Assembly (NCBI GenBank): GCA_964408775.1
Contig: CAYPAP010000001.1
Span: 353,839-417,838 of the forward strand
Length of the DNA: 64,000 bases
Reading direction: 5' to 3'
From: an uncultured Gammaproteobacteria bacterium
GTDB taxonomy: Bacteria; Patescibacteriota; Patescibacteriia; Patescibacteriales; UBA12465
This document shows, in pieces, positions 36,533 to 47,241 of this stretch; position 1 is the first letter of the stretch; each line of letters starts with the position of its first letter. The translations under genes were made by a program, and so were the position numbers. Below the pieces are notes generated by a model that saw only the letters and a list, made by a program, of their open reading frames with translations, ran no database searches and was not told where the DNA came from.

Positions 36533-37021
36533 ATGGAATTATTTAATGCTCTAGGTATAAATGGGAAAATATTATTAGCCCAATTTATTAATTTTGCTGT
36601 CTTGGTTTTTGTTTTATGGCGCTTTGCTTATAATCCAATTTTAAAGTTTTTAGAAGATAGGCGCAAAAAGATTGAAGATGGGGTTAAAAATTCAGAATTA
36701 GCTGTAACTAAGTTGGCTGAAATTGCCGAAAAAGAAAAAGAGGTTATTGTACAGGCTAAAAAAGAGGCGCTAGAAATTATTAATGGAGCTAAGGAAAATG
36801 CTGAAAAAAAAGGAGTTGAGCTTGTTAAAATAGCCCAAGAAGAGGCCTCAATTATTTTAAGTAAAGAGAGAGAAAAGTTTAATCAAGAAAAAATAGAGGC
36901 TTTTAAGGAAATGAAAAACAATTTGTCAGAGTTGGTTGTTTTGGCCGTAGAAAAAGTCATTGAAGAAAAAATGACGACAGAAAAGGATATGGATATTATA
37001 AAAAAATCTTTGCAGAACTAG
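36533..37021 (+). CDS. atpF: F-type ATP synthase subunit b
   Basis: N-terminal TM helix followed by a long charged coiled coil, in the correct operon position. Confidence 0.85.
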   Translation: MELFNALGINGKILLAQFINFAVLVFVLWRFAYNPILKFLEDRRKKIEDGVKNSELAVTKLAEIAEKEKEVIVQAKKEALEIINGAKENAEKKGVELVKIAQEEASIILSKEREKFNQEKIEAFKEMKNNLSELVVLAVEKVIEEKMTTEKDMDIIKKSLQN

Positions 37022-37063
37022 TGACTAAGGATTTTTAAAATAAAATTTAATTAATATTTTATT

Positions 37064-37465
37064 ATGAAAATAAGTGCTAAACAATATTCCAAGGCTCTTT
37101 TTGCAGAGATTTATGGTAAAAGTGAAGAAGAATCTTTACCAATACTCTCTAAATTTGTTGAAATTTTAAAAAATGATAATAGTTTATCGCAGATAGAAAA
37201 GATAATTAAATATTTTTCTAGTTTATGGAAAAAAGAAAGCTCTTTAGTAGAGGCAGAGGTCAGCACCGCTAGAAAAATTAATGACAGTACCAGGGAATCT
37301 TTGATAAATTATTTAAAAAAAATATCTGATGTTGAAAAAATACAAATAGTTGAGAGGATCGATGAGAAGATACTGGGTGGATTTATTATGAAATATGAAG
37401 ATAAAATTATTGATGCTAGTGTTAAAAATAAAATTAAAACATTTAAAAATAATTTAATTCAATAA
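37064..37465 (+). CDS. atpH: F-type ATP synthase subunit delta (OSCP), short form
   Basis: Operon position between b and alpha. The C-terminal [22 protein letters not shown] matches the OSCP C-terminal motif. It is only 133 aa. Confidence 0.75.
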   Translation: MKISAKQYSKALFAEIYGKSEEESLPILSKFVEILKNDNSLSQIEKIIKYFSSLWKKESSLVEAEVSTARKINDSTRESLINYLKKISDVEKIQIVERIDEKILGGFIMKYEDKIIDASVKNKIKTFKNNLIQ

Positions 37466-37475
37466 AAATAAAAAT

Positions 37476-39014
37476 ATGGAAAAAAATTCAAAAGATTTTA
37501 TAGTTGAGCAAATTAGACAGAGAATTTCTGATTTCAAATCTGAGGTTAAGGAGGAAAATTTTGGTAAAGTAATTGAAGTTAGTGACGGTATCGCTAGGGT
37601 ATCTGGTTTGTCTGAGGCTATGATGTCGGAAATGCTTGAATTTAAAACTGATTCAGGGCAGATTTATGGAGTGGTCTTAAATTTAGAAGAGGACAGTGTC
37701 GGTGTTGTTATTTTGGGGGATCACAGTGGAATTAAGGAGGGGGATGAGGTTATCGCTTTGAAAAGAATTTTAGAGGTCCCAGTCGGCGATGAGATTATTG
37801 GTAGAGTTTTAAATCCTCTTGGCGCTCCGATTGACGGGAAAGAGGCAATTAAGGCTGAGAAGTTTTATCCAATTGAAAAGATTGCCCCCGGTGTTATTAC
37901 TCGCGAATCAGTTAATGAGCCAGTTCAAACAGGTATTAAAGCGGTTGATGCTATGATTCCAGTTGGCAGAGGTCAACGAGAGCTAATTATTGGTGATCGT
38001 CAAATTGGTAAAACAGCTATTGCTATTGATACAATTATTAATCAGAAGGGACAAAACATGAAGTGTATTTATGTCGCTATCGGACAAAAAGAATCCAAGG
38101 TTGCTGGGATAGTGGCTAAGTTGGAAGAAGCTGGCGCTATGGAATATACCACCGTTGTGTTAGCTGGGGCCAGTGATCCATCTTCTTTATTATATATTTC
38201 TCCTTATGCTGGTTGCGCCATGGCTGAATATTTTTTAGATAAAGGTGAAGATGTTTTAATTATTTACGATGATTTATCCAAGCATGCGGTGGCTTATCGT
38301 GAAATTTCGCTATTATTAAAAAGACCGCCGGGACGCGAAGCTTACCCAGGGGATGTTTTTTATTTACATTCTCGTTTATTAGAAAGGGCTTGTAAATTAA
38401 ACAAAGATTTTGGTGGCGGATCAATTACAGCTTTGCCAATTATTGAGACCCAGGCTGGAGATGTTTCCGCTTATATTCCTACTAATGTTATTTCTATTAC
38501 TGATGGTCAAATTTATTTAGAGCCAGATTTGTTTTATCAAGGAAATCGTCCAGCGATTAACGCCGGATTGTCAGTGTCTCGTGTTGGTAGTAGTGCTCAG
38601 ATTAAGGCCATGAAAAAAGTGGCTGGAAAAATGAGACTGGAGGCCGCTCAGTATCGCGAGTTAGCTGCTTTCGCGCAGTTTGGCTCTGATCTTGATGATG
38701 AAACTAGAAAAAAGCTAGAGAGAGGAAAGCGTTTGATGGAAATTTTAAAACAGGGGCAGTATGAGCCGGTTGATGTGGCCGAGCAAGTAATAATATTTTT
38801 CTCATTAATTTCAGGATTGATGGATAATATACCGGTAGACAAGATTAGAGAGTTCGAAGCTGGTATGATTGAATATGTCAGAGACAACGCTGGTGATGTT
38901 TTAAAAAACATTAAAGAAGTAAAAGTCTTAGAAGAGAGGGATGAGGCTAAAATAAATAAGGTTGTAAATGATTATAAAGACACTTTGGATTATTTAATAG
39001 AAGAGGATAAGTAG
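37476..39014 (+). CDS. atpA: F-type ATP synthase subunit alpha
   Basis: Walker [12 protein letters not shown], with alpha-type sequence conserved throughout. Confidence 0.95.
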   Translation: MEKNSKDFIVEQIRQRISDFKSEVKEENFGKVIEVSDGIARVSGLSEAMMSEMLEFKTDSGQIYGVVLNLEEDSVGVVILGDHSGIKEGDEVIALKRILEVPVGDEIIGRVLNPLGAPIDGKEAIKAEKFYPIEKIAPGVITRESVNEPVQTGIKAVDAMIPVGRGQRELIIGDRQIGKTAIAIDTIINQKGQNMKCIYVAIGQKESKVAGIVAKLEEAGAMEYTTVVLAGASDPSSLLYISPYAGCAMAEYFLDKGEDVLIIYDDLSKHAVAYREISLLLKRPPGREAYPGDVFYLHSRLLERACKLNKDFGGGSITALPIIETQAGDVSAYIPTNVISITDGQIYLEPDLFYQGNRPAINAGLSVSRVGSSAQIKAMKKVAGKMRLEAAQYRELAAFAQFGSDLDDETRKKLERGKRLMEILKQGQYEPVDVAEQVIIFFSLISGLMDNIPVDKIREFEAGMIEYVRDNAGDVLKNIKEVKVLEERDEAKINKVVNDYKDTLDYLIEEDK

Positions 39015-39049
39015 AAATGGGTTTAAAAATTTTTTAAGATTAATTTTTT

Positions 39050-40003
39050 ATGGCAAAAACCAAAGAAATACAAAGACGAATAAAATCAGTTAATAATACC
39101 AAGAAAATAACCAGGGCCATGGAGATGGTGGCCGCAGCTAAGATGAGAAAATCGGTAGAGGCTGTTTTAAGGACCAGAACTTATGCTAATTTGGCCTGGG
39201 TTACTATTTTAAATATTGCCGCAGCCTCAGATTCCGGAAAAAATCTACACCCTTTATTAAATGTGAGGCCCGAGAATAAAAAGATAGCCATGGTCTTAAT
39301 TAGTTCTAACCGCGGTCTTTGCGGAAGCTTTAACACTAATGTTATTAACAAGGCGGTTAACTCTATTAAAAAGCATGGCAATGTTGACACTGATTTTATT
39401 CTTATTGGTAAAAAGGGGCTGGCTGTTAATAGTCGCTATAAATACAATGTAGCAGCAGAATTCAGTAAAGTTGACCACGCTTCTCAGATAACAGAGGTAA
39501 TACCAATGGCTCGTCTTTTAATCAATGATTTTTTGTCCGGGAAGTATGATAAAATTTTTGTTGCTTATACAGATTTTGTTAGTGCCTCTAAACAAGTTCC
39601 TCGCATTAAACAAATTTTACCAGTTAATATTGAGGCTGAAGATGAATATTTGGGTGTTGTCGGGAAGGACGATAGAGTCGGGACTGATAAGGCCTATATT
39701 GCCGAGAAAGAGGCTAAGTATTTAAAAGATAATGGACATAAATTTATTTTTACTTATGAACCAGGAACGGAAGAGGTTTTAAATCAGATGTTGCCAAGAT
39801 TAATTGAGGTACAATTATTTCAGGCCTTATTAGAATCAAATGCCTCAGAACATAGTGTTAGAATGGCGGCCATGCATCAGGCCACTGAAGCAGCCAATGA
39901 CTTGGTAAAAGAATTAACTTTGTTTTATAACAAGGCTAGACAGGCGGCTATCACTTCTGAGATTGCGGAGATTAGTGCCGGAGCCAATGCCTTAAAGGCA
40001 TAA
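39050..40003 (+). CDS. atpG: F-type ATP synthase subunit gamma
   Basis: N-terminal IKSVNNTKKITRAMEMVAAAK and C-terminal ARQAAITSEIAEISAGANAL. Confidence 0.95.
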   Translation: MAKTKEIQRRIKSVNNTKKITRAMEMVAAAKMRKSVEAVLRTRTYANLAWVTILNIAAASDSGKNLHPLLNVRPENKKIAMVLISSNRGLCGSFNTNVINKAVNSIKKHGNVDTDFILIGKKGLAVNSRYKYNVAAEFSKVDHASQITEVIPMARLLINDFLSGKYDKIFVAYTDFVSASKQVPRIKQILPVNIEAEDEYLGVVGKDDRVGTDKAYIAEKEAKYLKDNGHKFIFTYEPGTEEVLNQMLPRLIEVQLFQALLESNASEHSVRMAAMHQATEAANDLVKELTLFYNKARQAAITSEIAEISAGANALKA

Positions 40004-40040
40004 TATTATTAGGATTATTATTAATTTTAAAATAAATTAA

Positions 40041-41435
<1,395 letters not shown>

Positions 41436-41438
41436 ATT

Positions 41439-41876
41439 ATGCCAGATAAAAAAAGAATTAAATTTGAAATAGCCACTCCAGAAAGAGTTGTTTTGAAAGA
41501 GGAAATACTTCAAGTGACTGTTCCAACTGTCGAGGGCGAAATAACAATTTTGCCCAAACATTCTCCTCTGGTTTCGGTTTTAAAGCCAGGGGTTTTGGAG
41601 TTGAAAAAAATGGATGGGAATATTGAAATTGTTTCAGTCTCTGGTGGTTTTGTTGAAGTGTTATTAAATAAAATTATTATTTTAGCTGATACCGCTGAAC
41701 GAGCCGAGGAAATTGATCTAGAAAGAGCCGAAGAAGCCAGAAAAAGAGCCGAAGAATCTCTCAAAAATTTACGAAGCATTGATTCGGTAGAGTTTGCTAA
41801 TTTATCAGCGATGTTAGAAAAGGAATTAGCCAGAACCAGATCGGCCAAAAAGTGGCGCAGTTTAAAGGGGCGGTAA
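41439..41876 (+). CDS. atpC: F-type ATP synthase subunit epsilon
   Basis: Beta-sandwich N-terminus (ILPKHSPLVSVLKPGVL) and a helical C-terminus; it is the last gene of the operon. Confidence 0.9.
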   Translation: MPDKKRIKFEIATPERVVLKEEILQVTVPTVEGEITILPKHSPLVSVLKPGVLELKKMDGNIEIVSVSGGFVEVLLNKIIILADTAERAEEIDLERAEEARKRAEESLKNLRSIDSVEFANLSAMLEKELARTRSAKKWRSLKGR

Positions 41877-41910
41877 TTATTGTCGAATACCCCTTTTTCG
41901 TCGTATAAAA

Positions 41911-41942
41911 CATAAGAAGCTAACGCAGGTTAGCTTCTTATG
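41911..41942. terminator. Perfect 14-bp hairpin between atpC and the GC-rich insert
   Basis: CATAAGAAGCTAAC / GTTAGCTTCTTATG with loop GCAG. The T-tract follows on the minus strand (TTTTAT); only TTT follows on the plus strand. Confidence 0.6.
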
Positions 41943-41945
41943 TTT

Positions 41946-42088
41946 CAGAGGTCCGAGTGGGATTCGGCCACACGTCGCTAAGCCTCGCTTGCCTGCTTTG
42001 CAGTCTTCGCTCGCTAAGGCGCTCTGGCCTGGCCTTGGCGGTGCGTCACTTCGTTCCGCACATCGCCTCCGGCTTTCGAATCCCACTC
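41946..42088 (+). repeat. GC-rich structured insert (copy 'a' of the repeat family), beginning with a 21-bp duplicate of the tRNA-Cys 3' end
   Basis: 41946-41966 is identical to 42138-42158. A 12-bp inverted repeat, GAGTGGGATTCG (41955-41966) / CGAATCCCACTC (42077-42088), closes a GC-rich core. The core holds the family hairpin GTGCG-TCACTTCGTTC-CGCAC (42041-42061). Confidence 0.75.
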
Positions 42089-42099
42089 TCTTGTCTTAT

Positions 42100-42136
42100 A
42101 AAAAAAACCAACCCAAAGCAGTTTGGATTGGTTTTT
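42100..42136 (-). terminator. Rho-independent terminator downstream of tRNA-Cys
   Basis: On the minus strand: stem ACCAATCCAAA / TTTGGGTTGGT with loop CTGC, followed by T8. Confidence 0.7.
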
Positions 42137-42140
42137 CCAG

Positions 42141-42214
42141 AGGTCCGAGTGGGATTCGAACCCACGAGTGGCGGTTTTGCAAACCGCAGTGTTAAACCAC
42201 TTCACCATCGGACC
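42141..42214 (-). tRNA. tRNA-Cys (anticodon GCA)
   Basis: Hand-folded cloverleaf: acceptor GGTCCGA/TCGGACC, anticodon stem GCGGT/ACCGC with loop TTGCAAA, T-arm GTGGG-TTCGAAT-CCCAC, and discriminator U as expected for tRNA-Cys. No CCA is encoded. Confidence 0.9.
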
Positions 42215-42337
42215 AATTTATTTTATCTATAAAGTATAATAGTATATATTATAAAAAAATGCTATATTGACAAAAAATATTAAATATGCTAAGAGTGTAA
42301 ATATAATAGCTCTTTTATTATTAACCCAAAAAGACCC

Positions 42338-43108
42338 GTGAGTAAAGTAGCGGGCACTAAGAACATGGGAAACAAGAGTTCTCAGGTTTCAGCGAACTTC
42401 AAACAAGGGATGGAGTTTTTGCGAATTTGTTTATTGGCCTTTAACAAGGCTAATCCATCAACCGAACAGGTTGATGAGCTGATTCATAATCCGGACCCGA
42501 TATATGATTGGGTTGGAGAAATGTTTGCCAAGAAATTTGACGACAACAAAAACAGTCGCCAGATTAAAGCCACTTGGCAGGGGCTCTATAAAAGATGGTT
42601 CGGACTGCAGAAAGATTTTTCTGACCTGCAGGTTCCGGAAAATTACGACCCCCGTAAACACTTTGCTGTTATCGTGGCCCAAGGGCTGACAATGAATCAG
42701 GTTGTAGTTGGTATGAAGAAGAGGTTTAAGGTCTCTTTGTATGAAGAAGATCTGGATGCTTCTGTTGTTCACAACGACAGAACCGCCGAAAACGGCGATT
42801 ACATCGTTCTGTTCAACAAAAATGTTGAAGCTGACGAGGAATTCAAAAACCTTTCAGCTAACCAGCTGAAGACCATGAGCCATGAGGGAATTACTCTGCT
42901 GGAAAGATTGCTGTTAGAGGTTCTATATTTTGACAGAACCAAAAAGCATCTGGACATCAGCAACTGGACTCTTTGTAGCGGTTCGCGTAATTCTGATGGC
43001 TATGTTCCCTTCGTCCACTGGCTTTCCAGCGATGGCAAGCTCCGCGTCTCTTGGGACGATCCTGTCTGTTCTCATGTCTTTTTGCGTTCCCGCTCAGTGG
43101 TTTCTTAA
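42338..43108 (+). CDS. Orphan protein of visibly higher GC, function unknown
   Basis: 256-aa ORF with a GTG start. Its codon usage (CTG, GGC, GAC, CGC) is unlike its neighbours. It has its own strong terminator. I recognise no motif. Confidence 0.6.
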   Translation: MSKVAGTKNMGNKSSQVSANFKQGMEFLRICLLAFNKANPSTEQVDELIHNPDPIYDWVGEMFAKKFDDNKNSRQIKATWQGLYKRWFGLQKDFSDLQVPENYDPRKHFAVIVAQGLTMNQVVVGMKKRFKVSLYEEDLDASVVHNDRTAENGDYIVLFNKNVEADEEFKNLSANQLKTMSHEGITLLERLLLEVLYFDRTKKHLDISNWTLCSGSRNSDGYVPFVHWLSSDGKLRVSWDDPVCSHVFLRSRSVVS

Positions 43109-43136
43109 TCCTTGAAACTCTGTGCTTTAACTCTTT

Positions 43137-43164
43137 GCCCCTGTTTTTAAACAGGGGCTTTTTT
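43137..43164 (+). terminator. Rho-independent terminator
   Basis: Stem GCCCCTGT / ACAGGGGC with a 6-nt loop, followed by T6. Confidence 0.8.
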
Positions 43165-43191
43165 AAATTTTAAAATAATTATTTTTTGTTC

Positions 43192-43219
43192 TTGACACTA
43201 TTCCTATTTATGCTAAAAT
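43192..43219 (+). promoter_or_regulatory. Sigma-70-like promoter of groES-groEL
   Basis: TTGACA (43192-43197), a 16-nt spacer, then TAAAAT (43214-43219), directly upstream of the CIRCE element. Confidence 0.65.
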
Positions 43220-43223
43220 GTTT

Positions 43224-43250
43224 TTAGCACTCGCTTATTAAGAGTGCTAA
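43224..43250 (+). promoter_or_regulatory. CIRCE operator (HrcA binding site)
   Basis: Exact match to the consensus TTAGCACTC-N9-GAGTGCTAA (TTAGCACTC gcttattaa GAGTGCTAA). Confidence 0.9.
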
Positions 43251-43357
43251 TAAAAAAATTATTATTTAAAATTATTGACCTATTGAACTTTTATATTCCT
43301 CTTCGAATGTGCGCAAAATAAGGTTATAAAAGTTAATATTTCAATAATATTTATTTT

Positions 43358-43648
43358 ATGAAATTAAAACCACTAAACAACAATGTAATTGTTAGGGCCT
43401 CAACCAAGGAAGAGGTCACAAAATCTGGTATAGTTTTACCAGATACTATGGATAAAGAAAAACCAGAACAGGGTGAAGTTATTGCTATTGGGCCCGGTAA
43501 ATTAACTGATACTGGCCAAAGAGTCGAGATGACTGTAAAAATTGGAGACAAAGTTGTCTTTAAAAAATATTCCCCCGATGATATTAAAATCGATGGAGAG
43601 GAATATTTAGTGATTAATGAGAATGATATTTTGGCGATCATTGAATAA
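43358..43648 (+). CDS. groES: Co-chaperonin GroES
   Basis: KPLNNNVIVRA..GIVLPDT mobile loop; 96 aa; upstream of groEL. Confidence 0.95.
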   Translation: MKLKPLNNNVIVRASTKEEVTKSGIVLPDTMDKEKPEQGEVIAIGPGKLTDTGQRVEMTVKIGDKVVFKKYSPDDIKIDGEEYLVINENDILAIIE

Positions 43649-43667
43649 CATTTATAATTAAAAATAA

Positions 43668-45335
<1,668 letters not shown>

Positions 45336-45364
45336 ATAGTATTAAAACTTTTTATTAAAAAAAG

Positions 45365-45400
45365 AAAAAATCTGGCCAATAAAACCAGGTTTTTTCTTTT
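45365..45400 (+). terminator. Terminator after groEL
   Basis: AAAAAATCTGG / CCAGGTTTTTT stem with loop CCAATAAAA, followed by a T-run. Confidence 0.55.
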
Positions 45401-45444
45401 TGGAAAATATGTTATAATGCAAATATATAATTTTTATTTTCTAT

Positions 45445-45906
45445 ATGAGTAAAGCAAAAAAAACTATTGTAGCTGTTAGCGGATATTTCAACCCCTTGCA
45501 TGTTGGGCACTTAGAAATGATTGAAAAGGCCAAAAAACTAGGAGATTACCTAGTTGTTATTGTTAATAATGACAAGCAAGTAAAGTTAAAGGGCCGGGTT
45601 TCTTTTATGGACGAAAAAGATAGAGTAAAGATAATTAAAGCTATTAAATGGGTGGATGAGGTTGTCTTGTCTATAGATAATTATAAATGGGAAAATGGTG
45701 AGGTGCCCATTATTAAAACTTTAGCCAAGGTTAAACCTAATATTTTTGCTAATGGTGGCGATAGAAGAAAAGATTCGGCTAATATTCCTGAGAGTGAAAT
45801 TTGCCAAAAGTTAAATATTAAAATAGTTGATGGCTTGGGTAAAAAAATTAGGGCCAGCTCGGAAATGATCGCTAACGCGGCCAAGAAAGAAAAAAATAAA
45901 AAATAA
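45445..45906 (+). CDS. Cytidylyltransferase-family nucleotidyltransferase (HxGH)
   Basis: VAVSGYFNPLHVGHLEMIEKAKKLGDYLVVIVNND resembles TagD or RfaE domain II. The substrate is not determinable from sequence. Confidence 0.7.
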   Translation: MSKAKKTIVAVSGYFNPLHVGHLEMIEKAKKLGDYLVVIVNNDKQVKLKGRVSFMDEKDRVKIIKAIKWVDEVVLSIDNYKWENGEVPIIKTLAKVKPNIFANGGDRRKDSANIPESEICQKLNIKIVDGLGKKIRASSEMIANAAKKEKNKK

Positions 45907-45909
45907 AGT

Positions 45910-46956
45910 TTGCGTATGATTAAAAATATCTTTTTAGCAATAATAGCGATTCTTATAATCGTTTTTATTGTTTATTTTACTTCTATTAATTCTTCTGTCG
46001 GTGGTGAGGGCGACCAGGATTTTATTATTGAAAAAGGTCAGGGGGTTACAGTTATAGCAGAGAATTTAAAAGAGCAAAATTTGATTAATTCTGTTTTCTT
46101 TTTTAAATTATACACCAGGATTTCTAATCAACAAGCCTCTTTTAAGGAAGGCACATATATCCTGAGTCCTAAAATGAATATAAAGCAGATTGTATCTGAA
46201 CTGACACCATGGGTCTTTTTAAAACCAGAAGAGCAGGTAACCTTTATTGAAGGCTGGAACACCAAAGATTATGTTAGAGTCCTAGAAGAAAAGGGGCTAA
46301 TAGATGCGGAGCAATTTTTGGCCTTAGTTGGAGAACCCTTATTAGATTATAGAAGTGTTGGAAGGGATTATCCCAAAGATTACTCAAAGGAATTTTCTTT
46401 TCTTAAAGATAAACCAGGTCACTATGGCTTAGAGGGTTATCTATTTCCGGATACCTATCGTTTTTTTAATGACGTAGACGAGGATGATATTATTAAGAGA
46501 ATATTATCTAATTTTGATAAAAAGTTAACTGAAAAAATGAGGGCCGACATCCTTTCTCAAGGCAAAACTATTCATGAGATTATTGTTATGGCCTCAATTA
46601 TAGAAAAAGAAGTTCAAAACCAAAACGATATGAAAATGGTTTCTGGTATTTTTTGGAACAGAATTAAAAACAGGCAAGCGCTAGAATCTTGTGCTACTTT
46701 GGCTTATGTTCTAGGGGTTAATAAGATTCAATACTCCTATGAAGATACTAGGGTTCCTTCTCCCTTTAATACTTATATAAATAGGGATTTGCCTCCTGCT
46801 CCTATTTCCAATCCTGGGATCAAGGCAATAGAGGCCGCAATATACCCAGAAAACAACAATTATAACTATTTTTTAACGAATACTGAAACAGGAGAGACTG
46901 TATTTAGTGAGACTTATCAGGAGCATCTTATTAATAAAAACAAGTACATAAAGTGA
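45910..46956 (+). CDS. mltG: Endolytic murein transglycosylase MltG (YceG-like)
   Basis: N-terminal TM helix, LEGYLFPDTY and ASIIEKE motifs. The TTG start at 45910 could instead be the ATG at 45916. Confidence 0.85.
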   Translation: MRMIKNIFLAIIAILIIVFIVYFTSINSSVGGEGDQDFIIEKGQGVTVIAENLKEQNLINSVFFFKLYTRISNQQASFKEGTYILSPKMNIKQIVSELTPWVFLKPEEQVTFIEGWNTKDYVRVLEEKGLIDAEQFLALVGEPLLDYRSVGRDYPKDYSKEFSFLKDKPGHYGLEGYLFPDTYRFFNDVDEDDIIKRILSNFDKKLTEKMRADILSQGKTIHEIIVMASIIEKEVQNQNDMKMVSGIFWNRIKNRQALESCATLAYVLGVNKIQYSYEDTRVPSPFNTYINRDLPPAPISNPGIKAIEAAIYPENNNYNYFLTNTETGETVFSETYQEHLINKNKYIK

Positions 46957-47016
46957 CTATATTGCCTATAAATAGGCCCCACTTTTTCTGTTGATAAAAC
47001 AGGGATAACCTGTGGA

Positions 47017-47045
47017 TTGACATTTTTTATTTAATGTTATATTAT
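47017..47045 (+). promoter_or_regulatory. Sigma-70-like promoter upstream of rpoB
   Basis: TTGACA (47017-47022), a 17-nt spacer, then TATTAT (47040-47045). Confidence 0.5.
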
Positions 47046-47241
47046 AGAAACACAAAATCTTAATATTTATTAATATAAAAGTGTCTATTTATATTAAATA
47101 AACTTCTAAAAGCTTAATGACCAAGCCAAGCGTGGTGTTGGATTTTTTTTGTTGCTGGCTTTTTTGTCTTTTCAAAAATGTTTTATTAAAAATTTATATA
47201 CTAATTTATATAAGCAAGACTATCTTGTTTTTAAAAACTTT

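Noticed and set aside
41955-42088. The GC-rich element as SRP (4.5S) RNA or tmRNA. On the minus strand, CGGAACGAAG...GCCAAGGCCAG recalls the 4.5S helix-8 region, and the 3' end looks like a T-arm plus acceptor.
   Set aside because: The GAACGAAGTG motif recurs in at least four other copies in the window, which is incompatible with a single-copy SRP RNA. No 5' strand (GGTCCGA) exists to complete a tmRNA/tRNA acceptor stem, and there is no tag ORF.
41877-42232. Four overlapping ORFs of 64-91 aa on both strands (41877..42086, 41957..42232, 41989..42195, 42014..42208).
   Set aside because: They read through the GC-rich structured insert, two terminator hairpins and the tRNA-Cys gene. The translations are Arg/Ser/Leu-rich low-complexity with no start context. 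GC-rich non-coding DNA in an AT-rich genome simply lacks stop codons.
42268-42310. A promoter for the orphan gene (TTGACA at about 42268 and TATAAT at about 42305).
   Set aside because: The two hexamers are about 29 nt apart, too far for a sigma-70 promoter. The hexamer at 17-nt spacing is a poor TAAGAG. I could not support a specific promoter call.
46991-47020. DnaA-box-like words (TGTGGATTG, GGATAACC) upstream of rpoB, considered as a possible replication origin.
   Set aside because: There is only one partial match (7 of 9) to TTATCCACA. There is no cluster of boxes, no adjacent AT-rich unwinding-element pattern distinct from background, and no dnaA or dnaN nearby.
47117-47241. An N-terminal extension of rpoB from TTG 47149, and the overlapping 81-aa ORF 47117..47362.
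   Set aside because: The extension (MLLAFLSFQKCFIKNLYTNLYKQDYLVFKNF) is AT-driven low complexity with no RpoB counterpart. The ATG at 47242 gives a canonical RpoB N-terminus. A promoter-like TTGACA-17-TATTAT lies at 47017-47045.
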